From: an uncultured Chloroflexia bacterium
Lineage (GTDB): Bacteria > Chloroflexota > Limnocylindria > Limnocylindrales > CSP1-4
Length of the DNA: 64,000 nt
NCBI GenBank assembly: GCA_963768655.1
Contig: CAVYIM010000005.1
Span: forward strand, 352,001 to 416,000
Direction of reading: 5' to 3'
Numbering within the stretch: position 1 is the stretch's first letter; every line of letters begins with the position of its first letter. Both the position numbers and the translations under genes were made by a program. Under the pieces are notes generated by a model that did not search any database, was not told the origin of the DNA, and saw nothing but the letters and a program-made list of their open reading frames with translations. Shown one piece after another: positions 45,128 through 56,992 of this stretch.

Positions 45128-45934
45128 CTACGCCCGCACCAGCTCGCCGCGGCCGATCGTTTCGGCGTCTTTGGGCAGGTCGAGCAGGCCGTGGGGTCGG
45201 AGTCCGTCGCGGATGGCGATGGCCTCGTCGGTCTGCCACGGGTCGGATGGGTCGAAGGAATCGCCCTGGAGCCCTACCAGCACGCCGCCGGGCGGGATTA
45301 TCCTGGCCAGCGTGCCCCGCGGCAACGCCGAGCGCGTCACGAGCTGAAGCGTCGGCAGGGAGCGGCCCCGTCGCCCGAGGTAGGTTCGCCAGCCGACGAC
45401 GAGGTGGTCTCTCGAATCGTCCCGGACGGTGGCCTTGAACGAGTTGGTGGTGATCCAGGCCGTTCCCGGCCGCCAGAAGGCGATCGAGGCGCAGAGCGCG
45501 TCTTCGAGGAGCACCTCCGCCTGCCAGTCGCCTTCCCGGATCGACTTGACCGTCGCGCTCGCGATCGGCGCCGCGGCCAACCTGCTGCCGTCGACAACCC
45601 GGATGCTGAAACGCTCGTCGCCGTCGGGGCCGCACAGGAACGAGGCCGAGAAGCCTTCGGGCGCCGTGCTGGCCATCGTCGGCCGGCCCCGGTTGTCCGT
45701 CGCCGTGTAGCGGGTTCTCGGGTCGAACGTGAGCTGGAGCATCTGGATGAGGAACTCGGGGTCGTCGACGTCCAGCAGGGCCGGGCCGGCCGCCGGCGTG
45801 ATGAGGCGCAGACGCCCGAACTCAGGCGCGATCTCACGCAGGCCGCGGACGTAGCCCTGGACGGAATTCAGGAACCCGCCCAGCATCAACGGGCCGGCCC
45901 ACCAGTTCGATGTCGCGAAGAGGTGATCGACCAC
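45128..45934 (-). CDS. Putative Imm52-like immunity protein
   Basis: 268 aa from GTG after GAAAGGGGG; FWRP...VGWRTYL...GGVLV...FDPSDP...AIRDGL pattern recalled from the Imm52 family (not searched). Confidence 0.6.
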   Translation of the reverse strand: MVDHLFATSNWWAGPLMLGGFLNSVQGYVRGLREIAPEFGRLRLITPAAGPALLDVDDPEFLIQMLQLTFDPRTRYTATDNRGRPTMASTAPEGFSASFLCGPDGDERFSIRVVDGSRLAAAPIASATVKSIREGDWQAEVLLEDALCASIAFWRPGTAWITTNSFKATVRDDSRDHLVVGWRTYLGRRGRSLPTLQLVTRSALPRGTLARIIPPGGVLVGLQGDSFDPSDPWQTDEAIAIRDGLRPHGLLDLPKDAETIGRGELVRA

Positions 45935-45954
45935 TTCGCACCCCCTTTCGCCCG

Positions 45955-47083
45955 TCAGAGTATGAACCGCTCCAGGTCCGATAGGGCGATGATTGTTGGC
46001 CCGAGATCGTCGCCGAGTCGAACATTCGCGGCCTCGAGGTGAACGCCGGCCCGGAAACGGTGCAGACCGGCTGAGCCCAGCCAGCGACCCTCGCGGCCGG
46101 CGTGGACGCCGCTCCTGACTCGCACCCAATCCGGCGGAATCTCCGGCAGCGGCACGTCGACGACGTCCAGGACCAGCAGCGGTGGTTCGGTGATGACGGC
46201 GACCTCGCGGCCGGCCAGCGCGGCCAGCAGGGCGAGGATCGGGGACGCGATGGGGCGGCGCTGGTGACCGTCGAGCCCCAGCACGCCGAAAGGCGGAATC
46301 GAATGCAGGCCGGCGCGCTGGCGAGCCTCGGAGGCGGCCAGGTCGCGCAGCTCGGCCTGGCCGAGCGAGCCCGCGACCATGCCCCGAATCGACATGGCCC
46401 GCGCCCGGGTGAGCGCCTCGGCCGAGACGCGGCCGCCGGCGACGACGATCGCACCCGAGCGGCCCATGTCCAGCGCGGTATCGCGCAACTCCCCGTCGAC
46501 GAGGCGAGGAACGTCGAGGTAGCCGCGGGCCGGCCTGTCCGCCGGCGACGGCCGCGGGGATCGCGACCCCGGCCACCCTCATGGCAATGCCGATGCAGTT
46601 GGTGGCTTCGACGATGACGCCCGCCGTGGGCGACTCGGTCTTCTCGTGGCGCTCGCCGGCGGCAGCGCTCCAGCGCCCGTTGAGCTCATACAGGAGCGTT
46701 CCGCCGACGCGCCGCGGACCCTCCCGGCGCGCATTCTTGCCGCGGCGCTCGTCCCCGCCCACCCACCACTTGCCCGGCGTCGGCGGGCGGCGGCGTTCCT
46801 GCTGCGGGTCCTTCCAGCCCACGTTGCCGTTTCCTTTGCCGCTGCCGTTCGGGGACGCGCTCAGCCGGCCGACTTCGACGAACTCCGCGTCCAACGTCCG
46901 CTCCGCGATCGGCATCCCCGCGGTCACTTTCTGGCCCGGGCTCACGAGCACTCGATCGCCTGGTCCAAGGCGGAGCTGGACTACGGGCGACACCACCAGG
47001 ATCCGGCGGCCCGGGATTCGGGCCAGCTCGGGCGGGACGGCAGGCGTTGCGGCGCGCCCAGATACGCGCGTCCTGGGGCTCAT
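45955..47083 (-). CDS. Hypothetical partner of the GlmL-like protein (+1 frameshift near 46535)
   Basis: N-part VLVSPGQKVTAGMPIAE (barrel-sandwich-hybrid-like) joins GAIVVAGGRVSAEAL...VRVRSGVHAGREG after removing one base; ATGA overlap with the upstream gene. Confidence 0.7.
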
Positions 47084-49053
47084 TCGTCGATCTCCGACCA
47101 CATCGCCCGCTGCCACGATTCCCATGTCGCGCGCTTCTGATCGGCCCTGTCGGGCAGCCGCAACGGGATGTCGCGCAGGTCGACGAACAGCCCGCCGAGC
47201 CCACCGGAGACTTCGACGCTGAAGTGCTTCCCGCGCGCCCCCAGCCTGACGGCGTCCCGAAAGTCCATGTCGGCCGTGGCGGTTTGACCGGGCGGCAGCT
47301 CAACCGCCCAGATGCCGCCGGGCTGGAGGTCGATGTCGGAGTTGGCGGTTTCGCCGATGACGCGCATCCGCCCGGCGCTCCGGCCCTGGCGGATGCCCGC
47401 CGGCAGGATCAGGCTGCCCAGTGGCAGGAGCACGTCGTCGACCAGGTCCTTGAGCATCTTGCGCCGTTCTTCCTCGTCGACGATGGCGCCCATCGGCCCG
47501 AGGAGTCGGGCCTGGTCGCACGCGAGGCGCCCGACGCCGGGCCGCCGGACGAGGTCCGCCATGGCCAGCGCCACGACCGAAGGCGGCGTCGACGCCCAGA
47601 CTCCGCCGGCGGCGATCAGGATGTCAGGCATCTCGCGGGCCGAGATCTCCGGCGTGGCGGCGACGAGCCGCTGCACTGCCGCTTTCGCGGCCGCCAACCG
47701 AAGCAGCGCCCCTTCGCCGTCGGCTTCGCCCCAGGGCGACGAGCGCAGGTCGCGCAATCGGTCGCTGAGGCGGTAGCGGTCGAAGGCAATCGTCGACCAC
47801 GACGACACCGAGTCGATCATCTCGTCGGACAGGTCCTCCGGCGCGAACGACCCGCTCGCCATCCCGACGTGGGAGGACATGACGGTTCGATGTCCGGGCC
47901 CGACTGCTTCGGCGCGACACCGCAGGCCGCCGTCGATGCCGACTTCGAGCACTTCGATCGACTTGTCGAGCAGCAGGGCCAGCGACCGAACGGACCGGGC
48001 GATGCCGAGCCTGCTCTCGTCCGAGCGGGCGCGCAGGCCTTCGAGCACCTGCTGGAGCGCGGCTCCCGCAGGCTGACCCGATTCGGCGTCGGGCGCCAGC
48101 AGCACGCTGTCGTGGCGGTCGCCGGCCGGGGCCGGCAACTCGACCGGGGCGGCGTGGGCCGGTGCCTCAGGTTCGGGAGCGTGAGGGGCGGCCGCCGCGG
48201 CGACGGTGGCAATCGCGGCGCCAGCTGCCGCCGCCGCGTCCAACCCCGCGGCGGGCGTGGCCCCGCGCGCCTCTTCCGAAGATTGACCCTCCGGTGCGGG
48301 CTCGCCGGGAACCGCCGCGGAGGGTGCCCCGGCGGGCATGTCCGCAGGTGCGGCGCCGGTCTCTTCGATCGCATCGGCGCTCGTTTCCACGGCGACCGTG
48401 GCTGGGGCCTCTTCGGCCGGCTCGGCCGGGACGGCCACTTTCACTGCGTCGGGGATGTGGTCGTGCTGACCCGCCCCGGAGAAGTCCGACTCCTGGATGG
48501 CAGCCCCGCCCGCCAGAACGACCGCCAGTTCCGGCCGGCTACGCGCGGCGGCGGCCACGAGCGCGCCCAGCATCGGCAGGTGGCGCTTCTCGTCCCCGGC
48601 CGGAGTCGAGTCGGTGCCCAGCAGGACGGCGTGGGTGTCCCACGCGAGCGCCAGGCGGCTGAGCTCCAGCGGGTCGTCCACGTCGGCGCTGCCACCGACT
48701 ACCAGCCAGCCCGCACGAGCGGCGATTTCTTCCAGCCGCCGCCGCTGGCGCCTGGAGCCGGCGATCACGGCGATACGGCGAGGGGGCGAGCTTCGACTCT
48801 CCAGGCGCGCCAGATCGGCGACCAGCGCGGCGGCGCTGGGCCGCTCCCTGGCGCTGACGAACTCGAGGAGCTCCCGGTCCGCGCGCTCGACGCGGTCCAG
48901 GATGCCGAACAGCAACGCGTCCAGATCCGTCGTCGCGGGTGCCGCGGCATGGGCCAGGAGGCGCCAGCGGCCACCGGCATGGCCGACGAGAGCCGCCGAG
49001 GTCGTGGCCGCACCGAAGTCCAGGGCGAAGAAAGCTCGGGGTTGACGGCTCAC
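47080..49053 (-). CDS. Glutamate-mutase-L (GlmL)-like ASKHA-fold protein
   Basis: ALDFGAATTSAAL phosphate-1-like motif, ILIAAGGVW, C-terminal VSGGLGGLFVDLRDIPL; ~100-aa A/P/E-rich insertion. Confidence 0.7.
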   Translation of the reverse strand: MSRQPRAFFALDFGAATTSAALVGHAGGRWRLLAHAAAPATTDLDALLFGILDRVERADRELLEFVSARERPSAAALVADLARLESRSSPPRRIAVIAGSRRQRRRLEEIAARAGWLVVGGSADVDDPLELSRLALAWDTHAVLLGTDSTPAGDEKRHLPMLGALVAAAARSRPELAVVLAGGAAIQESDFSGAGQHDHIPDAVKVAVPAEPAEEAPATVAVETSADAIEETGAAPADMPAGAPSAAVPGEPAPEGQSSEEARGATPAAGLDAAAAAGAAIATVAAAAAPHAPEPEAPAHAAPVELPAPAGDRHDSVLLAPDAESGQPAGAALQQVLEGLRARSDESRLGIARSVRSLALLLDKSIEVLEVGIDGGLRCRAEAVGPGHRTVMSSHVGMASGSFAPEDLSDEMIDSVSSWSTIAFDRYRLSDRLRDLRSSPWGEADGEGALLRLAAAKAAVQRLVAATPEISAREMPDILIAAGGVWASTPPSVVALAMADLVRRPGVGRLACDQARLLGPMGAIVDEEERRKMLKDLVDDVLLPLGSLILPAGIRQGRSAGRMRVIGETANSDIDLQPGGIWAVELPPGQTATADMDFRDAVRLGARGKHFSVEVSGGLGGLFVDLRDIPLRLPDRADQKRATWESWQRAMWSEIDE

Positions 49054-49143
49054 GCGGCTATGCTAACCCGCTCGCCACCCTGTGGTGCAAGCGCGGTGAG
49101 CGGAAAGTATGTCGGAGGCCGAGCCGCCGGATCGCGAATCGCC

Positions 49144-49434
49144 TCACGCGTCCCAGGCGGTCTCTTCGTCCGGATCCTGGAGCCGCTCGATGAGCTGCTC
49201 GATGCCGAGGTCGTCGGCCAGGATTTCACTGGCCACGGGTACGTCGCCACCGAAGACGTGCCGCAGCGTGGGGTCGAAGAAGACCATCGCTCCGCTGCCC
49301 AGCCGTCGGTACGGGCGGCTTGCCTGCAGGAATAGGACGGCGGGGACCGCGAGGCCGCGCAGCTGGATCTCCCGCGCCGCCTGCTCGACGAGATCGTCGC
49401 GCTGCTCTTCCGATCGGCCGGTCAGCTCCATCAA
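49144..49434 (-). CDS. Hypothetical protein (96 aa)
   Basis: RGLAVPAVLFLQASRPY motif; RBS GCAGGG; same strand as operon. Confidence 0.7.
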   Translation of the reverse strand: MMELTGRSEEQRDDLVEQAAREIQLRGLAVPAVLFLQASRPYRRLGSGAMVFFDPTLRHVFGGDVPVASEILADDLGIEQLIERLQDPDEETAWDA

Positions 49435-49515
49435 CTCGGCACCCTGCTCACTCCTGTCCGGCCATCGTGACGGCCGTTCACGTCCGGCGCCGACAGATCG
49501 GCAGCCTCGTGACTT

Positions 49516-50904
49516 CTACTCGCAACCGAGAGGACCGGGTTCTTCCTCGCTCGTCCGCGCGTCCGGGTTGCCGATCTCTCCTCCACCCCAGGCGAGATCG
49601 CACGCGACGGCGCGCATCTGGACGGCTTTGGCTGCCGCATAGTACACCCGGGGTAACCGCCCCGACATCGCGGTCACGATCTCGTAGGAGATCGTGTTGC
49701 CCCACCGCGCCATCTCGACCGCGTCGACCGTCTCGTCGCCCTGCGTTCCGATGAGCGTGAACTCATCATCCACGCTCACGGGGGCGCCCGGAACGTCCGT
49801 GACGTCGACCATCACGGCGTCCATCGCCACGGTGCCGACGGCCGGGGCGCGCCCCCCTCGTACTAGTACCTGGGCCTTGTTGGACAGGCTCCGGGGCAGC
49901 CCGTCGGCGTAACCGAGGGGCAGAGTGGCGATGCGGCTGCGTCGCGAGGTGACGAACGTGGGGCCGTAGCTGACGCCGGTCCCCGCGGCAAGCTCAGTCA
50001 CTCGAACCGGGCGGGCACGCAGCGAGAGGATCGGCCTCAGGCCAGCCGCGGTGGCCGCGTGGCGCTCATCCACCGCCAGCCCGTCGGGCACGATACCGTA
50101 CATGGCCAGCCCGACGCGGACGACGTCGTATCCGGGCGCGCTGGCGGCGAGCAGGCCGCCGCTGGCGGCGAGGTGGCGGTCGGGCATGCTGATGCCCACT
50201 TCCTCGAGCAGGCTCGACGCGAGGCCCAGGCGGGCCGCCTGATCGGCGGTCCTGTTCGGGTCGCCGGCCGCCTGGAGGTGCGACCAGAGGCCGGCGAGTC
50301 GAGCCCGCGGCGAAGCCTCGATGGCGGCGGCCGCGGACGGGACGTCGCTCGAGTGGAGGCCGCCGCGGCCGAGACCGGTCTCGACCTCGAGGTGGATCGG
50401 CAGCTCGCGGTCGGCCGCGACGTCGGCGTCGGTCAGACGATCCAGCACCGCCAGCGTCCGTTCCAGGAGCGTCTGATCGCCGGCCGTGAGTGACAGGCCC
50501 AGGCGCATCGCGTCGGGCACGAGCTCGGGCGGGATGGGGAACAGGACGAGGATCGGGACGGCGATGCCGGCCTGGCGCAACTCCAGCCCCTCGTCGAAGG
50601 TGGCGACGCTCAGGCTCTGGACTCCCGCCCCCACGAGCGCGCGGGCCACCGGAACCGCTCCGTGCCCGTACGCGTCGCCTTTCACGACCGCTTCTAAACG
50701 AATCCCCGACGGCAGCGAACCCTGGAGGAGCCGGGCGTTCGAGACGAGGGCGTCGAGGTCAATCTCGATCCAGGCACTGCGCGGCAGTGGTGGGAGCGAC
50801 TGCCCGGGCGCAGCCTCGACGAGCGGCAGCCGCGTGGCGACGATCCTGGCGCCGGAACCGGGCGCGGCCTTGTCTGCGGCCGGCGTGGCCTCGCGCGCGC
50901 TCAG
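49516..50904 (-). CDS. alr: Alanine racemase
   Basis: AVVKGDAYGHG (PLP Lys), HLEVETGLGRGG, WSH, VRVGLAMYG, VSYG, LGYADG, GTVAMD, TISYEI; start uncertain (CTG 50904 or GTG 50982). Confidence 0.94.
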   Translation of the reverse strand: MSAREATPAADKAAPGSGARIVATRLPLVEAAPGQSLPPLPRSAWIEIDLDALVSNARLLQGSLPSGIRLEAVVKGDAYGHGAVPVARALVGAGVQSLSVATFDEGLELRQAGIAVPILVLFPIPPELVPDAMRLGLSLTAGDQTLLERTLAVLDRLTDADVAADRELPIHLEVETGLGRGGLHSSDVPSAAAAIEASPRARLAGLWSHLQAAGDPNRTADQAARLGLASSLLEEVGISMPDRHLAASGGLLAASAPGYDVVRVGLAMYGIVPDGLAVDERHAATAAGLRPILSLRARPVRVTELAAGTGVSYGPTFVTSRRSRIATLPLGYADGLPRSLSNKAQVLVRGGRAPAVGTVAMDAVMVDVTDVPGAPVSVDDEFTLIGTQGDETVDAVEMARWGNTISYEIVTAMSGRLPRVYYAAAKAVQMRAVACDLAWGGGEIGNPDARTSEEEPGPLGCE

Positions 50905-51878
50905 CGGACCGATCCCGCGGTCGGGGCCGTTCCCTCGGCCGCCGCCGCGAGACGCTTTCGCGCCAGAGGCAGCTCCGGGCACAGGTCCGACGCCAGCAGC
51001 CCCGCGTCGCCGATGCGGGCACGGACCGCCTCGCCGGCCATGCCGTGCAGGTAGACGCCCAGTTGCGCCGCCTCGAACGTGCCGAGGCCCTGCGCCAGAA
51101 GCGCCCCGATCGTGCCCGACAGGACGTCGCCAGTTCCGGCGCTGGCCAGCGCCGGATTCTCGAACGGAGATACCGCGGTTCGGCCACCGGGCTCCGCGAT
51201 CACCGTTCGCGCACCCTTGAGGACCACCACCTGGCGCCAGTCCCGGGCGGCGTCGCGGGCCGCGCCAACCCGCCTCGCGTCGTCGAAGACGAGATTGCCC
51301 ATCTTCTCGGGATCGTGTCCATCGGCGGCCCTCAACCGCAGGAACTCGCCGACGTGCGGCGTCAGGACGCAGCGGGCGGCGACTTCGGGGGCCCAGCCGT
51401 CGACGGTGGCCAGCGATCGCAGCGCCTCCGCGTCCAGGACCGCCGGCACGGGCTCGCCGTCCTCGTCCCCGGCGAGGAGGCCGCGGATCAGGTCGGTCAT
51501 CGACAGGCTCGGCTTGAGCCCCGGGCCGACCACCAGGGCGTCGTGGTCGTGATCGAGGATGCGCGCCAGCGCTTCCTCGGGATCGACTTCCTCGACGTCA
51601 TCTTCCGGCAGCGACAGCGTCGTCGCCTCGACCACTTTTGCCGCGAAGAGCGGCTGCAGCGATTCGACGGTGGCCAGCGTCACGAGCCCGGCTCCGGCCC
51701 GGCCGGCCGCGTTGCAGACCAGCAGCGCCGCGCCGGCGTAGTCGACCGATCCGGCGATGACCAGCAGCTTGCCGAAGGTGCCCTTGTGCCCTCGAGCCGG
51801 GCGGGTCGGAACCAGAGCTGCGGCGGCCGCGTCGTCGAGCGCGATCGTCTCGGGGATGGTCCTAGCGGGCATCTTCAC
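50901..51878 (-). CDS. nnrD: ADP-dependent NAD(P)H-hydrate dehydratase
   Basis: GHKGTFGKLLVIAGS, GAGLV, VGPGL, VLDAEAL, LTPHVGEF, LKGART, AGTGDVLSG. Confidence 0.92.
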   Translation of the reverse strand: MKMPARTIPETIALDDAAAAALVPTRPARGHKGTFGKLLVIAGSVDYAGAALLVCNAAGRAGAGLVTLATVESLQPLFAAKVVEATTLSLPEDDVEEVDPEEALARILDHDHDALVVGPGLKPSLSMTDLIRGLLAGDEDGEPVPAVLDAEALRSLATVDGWAPEVAARCVLTPHVGEFLRLRAADGHDPEKMGNLVFDDARRVGAARDAARDWRQVVVLKGARTVIAEPGGRTAVSPFENPALASAGTGDVLSGTIGALLAQGLGTFEAAQLGVYLHGMAGEAVRARIGDAGLLASDLCPELPLARKRLAAAAEGTAPTAGSVR

Positions 51879-52479
51879 CCCCCTCGAGCCCCGCCGCCTC
51901 GCGCTGCATCGATCGCAGACGCTCCAGGCGCCCTAGCAGGTGCCGCTCGCGCTCGTCGAGCCGTTCCTCGATGTCGGGCGGGAAGAGGAACCGGCCGCCG
52001 GCCGTCCTCACGCCGTACGCGGTGGCGACGGCGAACTCAGACTCGTGGCTGATGGAGACGGCAATTCGGCCCATGCCGAGCTGGGTCGCCCGTCGGGCAG
52101 CTCGACCGTGCAGCCGAACGGCCGGCTGGCCGGTCGGCAGTCGCTCGATCTCGATGTCGCGCCAGCCAATTCCCCGAACGCCGAGTCCCAGCACCTTCGA
52201 GACCGCCTCCTTGGCGGCCCACCTGCCGGCCAGCGTCTCGGGTCGATTCCGGACGTAGGCAGCTTCGGCCGGCGTCAGGACGCGCGCCGCAAACCGATCG
52301 CCAAAGCGTTTCAGGGCGCCGGCGATGCGTTGCACGCGGATGATGTCGATGCCGAGCTCGGTGGTCTCGGCCGGTGCGGCGGCCGTCTCCGCGGCCGGCG
52401 CCTCGACTTCGGCAACGCCGCTCGCGGGCCGGGCCTCGCGCCCGTCACCCGGCTCCGGTCGCTGCCGCGCGCGCGCCAT
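51862..52479 (-). CDS. acpS: Holo-ACP synthase
   Basis: GIDII, LAGRWAAKEAVSKVLG, VSISHE. Confidence 0.93.
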   Translation of the reverse strand: MARARQRPEPGDGREARPASGVAEVEAPAAETAAAPAETTELGIDIIRVQRIAGALKRFGDRFAARVLTPAEAAYVRNRPETLAGRWAAKEAVSKVLGLGVRGIGWRDIEIERLPTGQPAVRLHGRAARRATQLGMGRIAVSISHESEFAVATAYGVRTAGGRFLFPPDIEERLDERERHLLGRLERLRSMQREAAGLEGGEDAR

Positions 52480-54306
<1,827 letters not shown>

Positions 54307-54384
54307 GTAACGACTTCTCTCCCGGTCTCTTCGACCGTGGCTCCGGCGTCCCCCCACGCCGGCGACGGGCGCCTGCGAAGGGGG

Positions 54385-55716
54385 CTAGTTTAGACGCTCT
54401 TCGGCCAGGGCCGCGAGTTCGTCCGCGAGTTCGCTGACGAGGGCTACGTCTGAGCCTTCCACCATGACGCGAATTGCGGTTTCCGTGCCGGATGGTCGGA
54501 CGAGGACCCGACCGGACGGACCGAGGCGGGATTCGGCCCTGCCGATGGCGCGATGGAGGACCGGGTCGCCCTCCCACTGGTCCTTGTGACGTGCCGGAAT
54601 GGTGCGTTGCTGTTGGGGCAGCATGGGGATCTGCGTGGCGAGATCGGCCAGCGAACGGCCGGTCCTGCTCATGACCGCAATCACTTCGAGGGCGGTGACG
54701 ATGCCGTCGCCGCTCGTGGCGTACTCGAGGATGATGACGTGACCACTCTTCTCGCCACCGAGTCCGGCGCCGTTCACGAGCATCCCTTCGAGGATGTTCT
54801 TGTCCCCAACGGGAGTCCGAATGATCTGCCCGCCGGCCGCCTCGACCGTCCGCTGTAGCCCGCCGTTGGATAGGACCGAGACGACGAGCGCGCCATTCGG
54901 CAGTCTGCCGCTGGCGATCCGGTCGAGGGCCAGGATGCCCAGCACCGCGTCTCCGTCGACCACGGAACCGCCGCCGTCAACGGCGATGAGGCGGTCCGCG
55001 TCGCCGTCCAGAGCGAAGCCGACGTCCGCTCCGCGCTTCACGACTTCCGCGGCCAGGGCCGTCGGCGCCGTCGCTCCGCAGCCGCAGTTGATGTTCGCTC
55101 CGTCCGGTTCGTCGAAGATGACATCGACGCGCGCGCCGGTCGCCGACAGGATCCGCTCCGCGACCATGCAGCCGGAGCCGTTGGCACAGTCGACGACCAG
55201 GTGCAACTCGCTCTTCACGCGGCGTGCCAACCCCAGACGATGATCGAGATAGAGCTCGATCAGATCGTGAGCGTCCACCAGACGGCCCAGGGAATCGGCG
55301 GGCGCTCCCGCCAGCTCCTCGGCTCGCCAGATGAACTGCTCCAGCTCGTCCTCGATTTCGTCGTCCAGCTTGAGGCCGTGCTCGTCGAGCACCTTCAGGC
55401 CATTGTCGAGAGCCGGGTTGTGGGAGGCCGAGACCATGATCCCCGCGGCGAAATGACCCGCGCCCGTGATGTAGGCCAGGGCCGGCGTCGGCACCACGCC
55501 CACGTTGTGGACGTCGACCCCGAGGCTCGTGGCGCCGGCCACGATCGCGGCCACGAACATGTCGCCCGAGCGGCGGGTGTCCTGGCCGACGACGATGCTG
55601 CCGCCTGGCCCGACCAGGCGATGAGCCGTGGCACGCCCGAGCGCATACGCGAGGGTCGGCTTCAGATCGACGTTGGCGATGCCACGGATTCCATCCGTAC
55701 CGAACAATCGGGGCAA
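54385..55716 (-). CDS. glmM: Phosphoglucosamine mutase
   Basis: LFGTDGIRG, SASHNP, DGDADR, GGEKSGH, RPSGTE; TTG start after AGGAG. Confidence 0.96.
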   Translation of the reverse strand: MPRLFGTDGIRGIANVDLKPTLAYALGRATAHRLVGPGGSIVVGQDTRRSGDMFVAAIVAGATSLGVDVHNVGVVPTPALAYITGAGHFAAGIMVSASHNPALDNGLKVLDEHGLKLDDEIEDELEQFIWRAEELAGAPADSLGRLVDAHDLIELYLDHRLGLARRVKSELHLVVDCANGSGCMVAERILSATGARVDVIFDEPDGANINCGCGATAPTALAAEVVKRGADVGFALDGDADRLIAVDGGGSVVDGDAVLGILALDRIASGRLPNGALVVSVLSNGGLQRTVEAAGGQIIRTPVGDKNILEGMLVNGAGLGGEKSGHVIILEYATSGDGIVTALEVIAVMSRTGRSLADLATQIPMLPQQQRTIPARHKDQWEGDPVLHRAIGRAESRLGPSGRVLVRPSGTETAIRVMVEGSDVALVSELADELAALAEERLN

Positions 55717-55726
55717 GATCGTGCTC

Positions 55727-56992
55727 CTAGGGCGACGGTGAGGCGGAGGGTAAGAGTGATGCCGAAGGCGAAGGTGAGGGCGACGGCGGGATCGTCACGG
55801 TGACGCTGATCTGCTGCGGGTTCTGGGCGACGATCTTTATCCCGGACGGAACGCTGACGGAGACCTGGACAGTGTAGGTGCCGGGCAACAGAGTGCCGAC
55901 CGAGACGACACCAACGAGCGTGGAAGTATCGAAGGCATTCAACGCCGCCGCAGCTCCACCGAGCGTAATCGTGACGCTGGGCGTGGAGAGCGTGTAGATG
56001 CGATCGGACTGGGCTCCGTCGGGAACGATGCCGATCGTGAGCGTCCGGGTGGTGGCCGGAGACGACATGTGAACGACGACGGCAACGGTCGCTTCGTCCG
56101 GCGCCTCGATGCCGGACGGAAGGTCGAGGGGGATGTTGACCGACACGTCGCCCGTGGCGCCTGAGATGGAGATGGGCTGCGTGCTGACCGCCCCGTTGAG
56201 AGCCGCCAGTGCGTCAGCTTCGCCGCTGACGGACACGACCAGGGGGTTCACGTCGATAGAGGTGACGTAGTAACCGGACGCCGGTGTGCCCTGCAGGACC
56301 GGCGCGACTGCCACCGTTTGCGATCGCAGCTGGCTGCCGATCTGGATGGAAACCTGGACCGTCGCGGGATCCAGTGTGATTTCCTGAACGGTGTTGCCCC
56401 TGGCGTCAACGGGCACGAGCGGGACCTCTTTGTTGACGTCGAGGCCGGAGGCATCGATGGGAACCGAAGCGTCGGCCTGGACCACCTGGGCCACCTGCGT
56501 CGATGGCCCCTTGGCGACGACCGAGGTCGGGCTATTGGTCTGGGTGCCGAGACTCAGCCCGGTCGGAGGCGCGCCCGGCTGGATCCAGACCGGGACCGTC
56601 CTGGTAATGATCGGGTCGAGCGTGACGGACACCTGCTGGGGCTGGTAGTCGACGATCTGGATGCGCGGGTCACTGGCAGTCAGCTGGACCTTGATGAGCG
56701 TACTCGCGGCAGCGTCGATCTTCGCCCCACTGAGGTCGATCGTGGCGCTGAAGCTGTCCTTGGAGACCGGCACGTCGGCCGCGGCGATGTAGCGGATGCT
56801 CCCGACTGTGGGCATGGGATCGGGCTTCAACAGGAACGCGGTCGCGGGCTGGTTGACCGGCGTGATGGGGACCTGACCGGGCCACACCTGGGTGCTCTGA
56901 AGAACGACCATGCCGACGTACAGGATGACGGCAAGAAGCAGAGCGCCGACCTTCAAGGCCCAGTTGCGAAAGATGAATCGAATGATCCTCAT
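55727..56992 (-). CDS. cdaR: CdaR (YbbR-repeat) diadenylate cyclase regulator
   Basis: RNWALK + TM helix, repeated beta-rich YbbR-like units; located between cdaA and glmM. Confidence 0.88.
   Translation of the reverse strand: MRIIRFIFRNWALKVGALLLAVILYVGMVVLQSTQVWPGQVPITPVNQPATAFLLKPDPMPTVGSIRYIAAADVPVSKDSFSATIDLSGAKIDAAASTLIKVQLTASDPRIQIVDYQPQQVSVTLDPIITRTVPVWIQPGAPPTGLSLGTQTNSPTSVVAKGPSTQVAQVVQADASVPIDASGLDVNKEVPLVPVDARGNTVQEITLDPATVQVSIQIGSQLRSQTVAVAPVLQGTPASGYYVTSIDVNPLVVSVSGEADALAALNGAVSTQPISISGATGDVSVNIPLDLPSGIEAPDEATVAVVVHMSSPATTRTLTIGIVPDGAQSDRIYTLSTPSVTITLGGAAAALNAFDTSTLVGVVSVGTLLPGTYTVQVSVSVPSGIKIVAQNPQQISVTVTIPPSPSPSPSASLLPSASPSP

Noticed and set aside
45128-47125. 665-aa single protein
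   Set aside because: Artefact of the frameshift near 46535; the middle is out-of-frame sequence joining two separate genes.
54307-54384. glmS ribozyme
   Set aside because: Only 78 bp between glmM and glmS, and no recognisable core.
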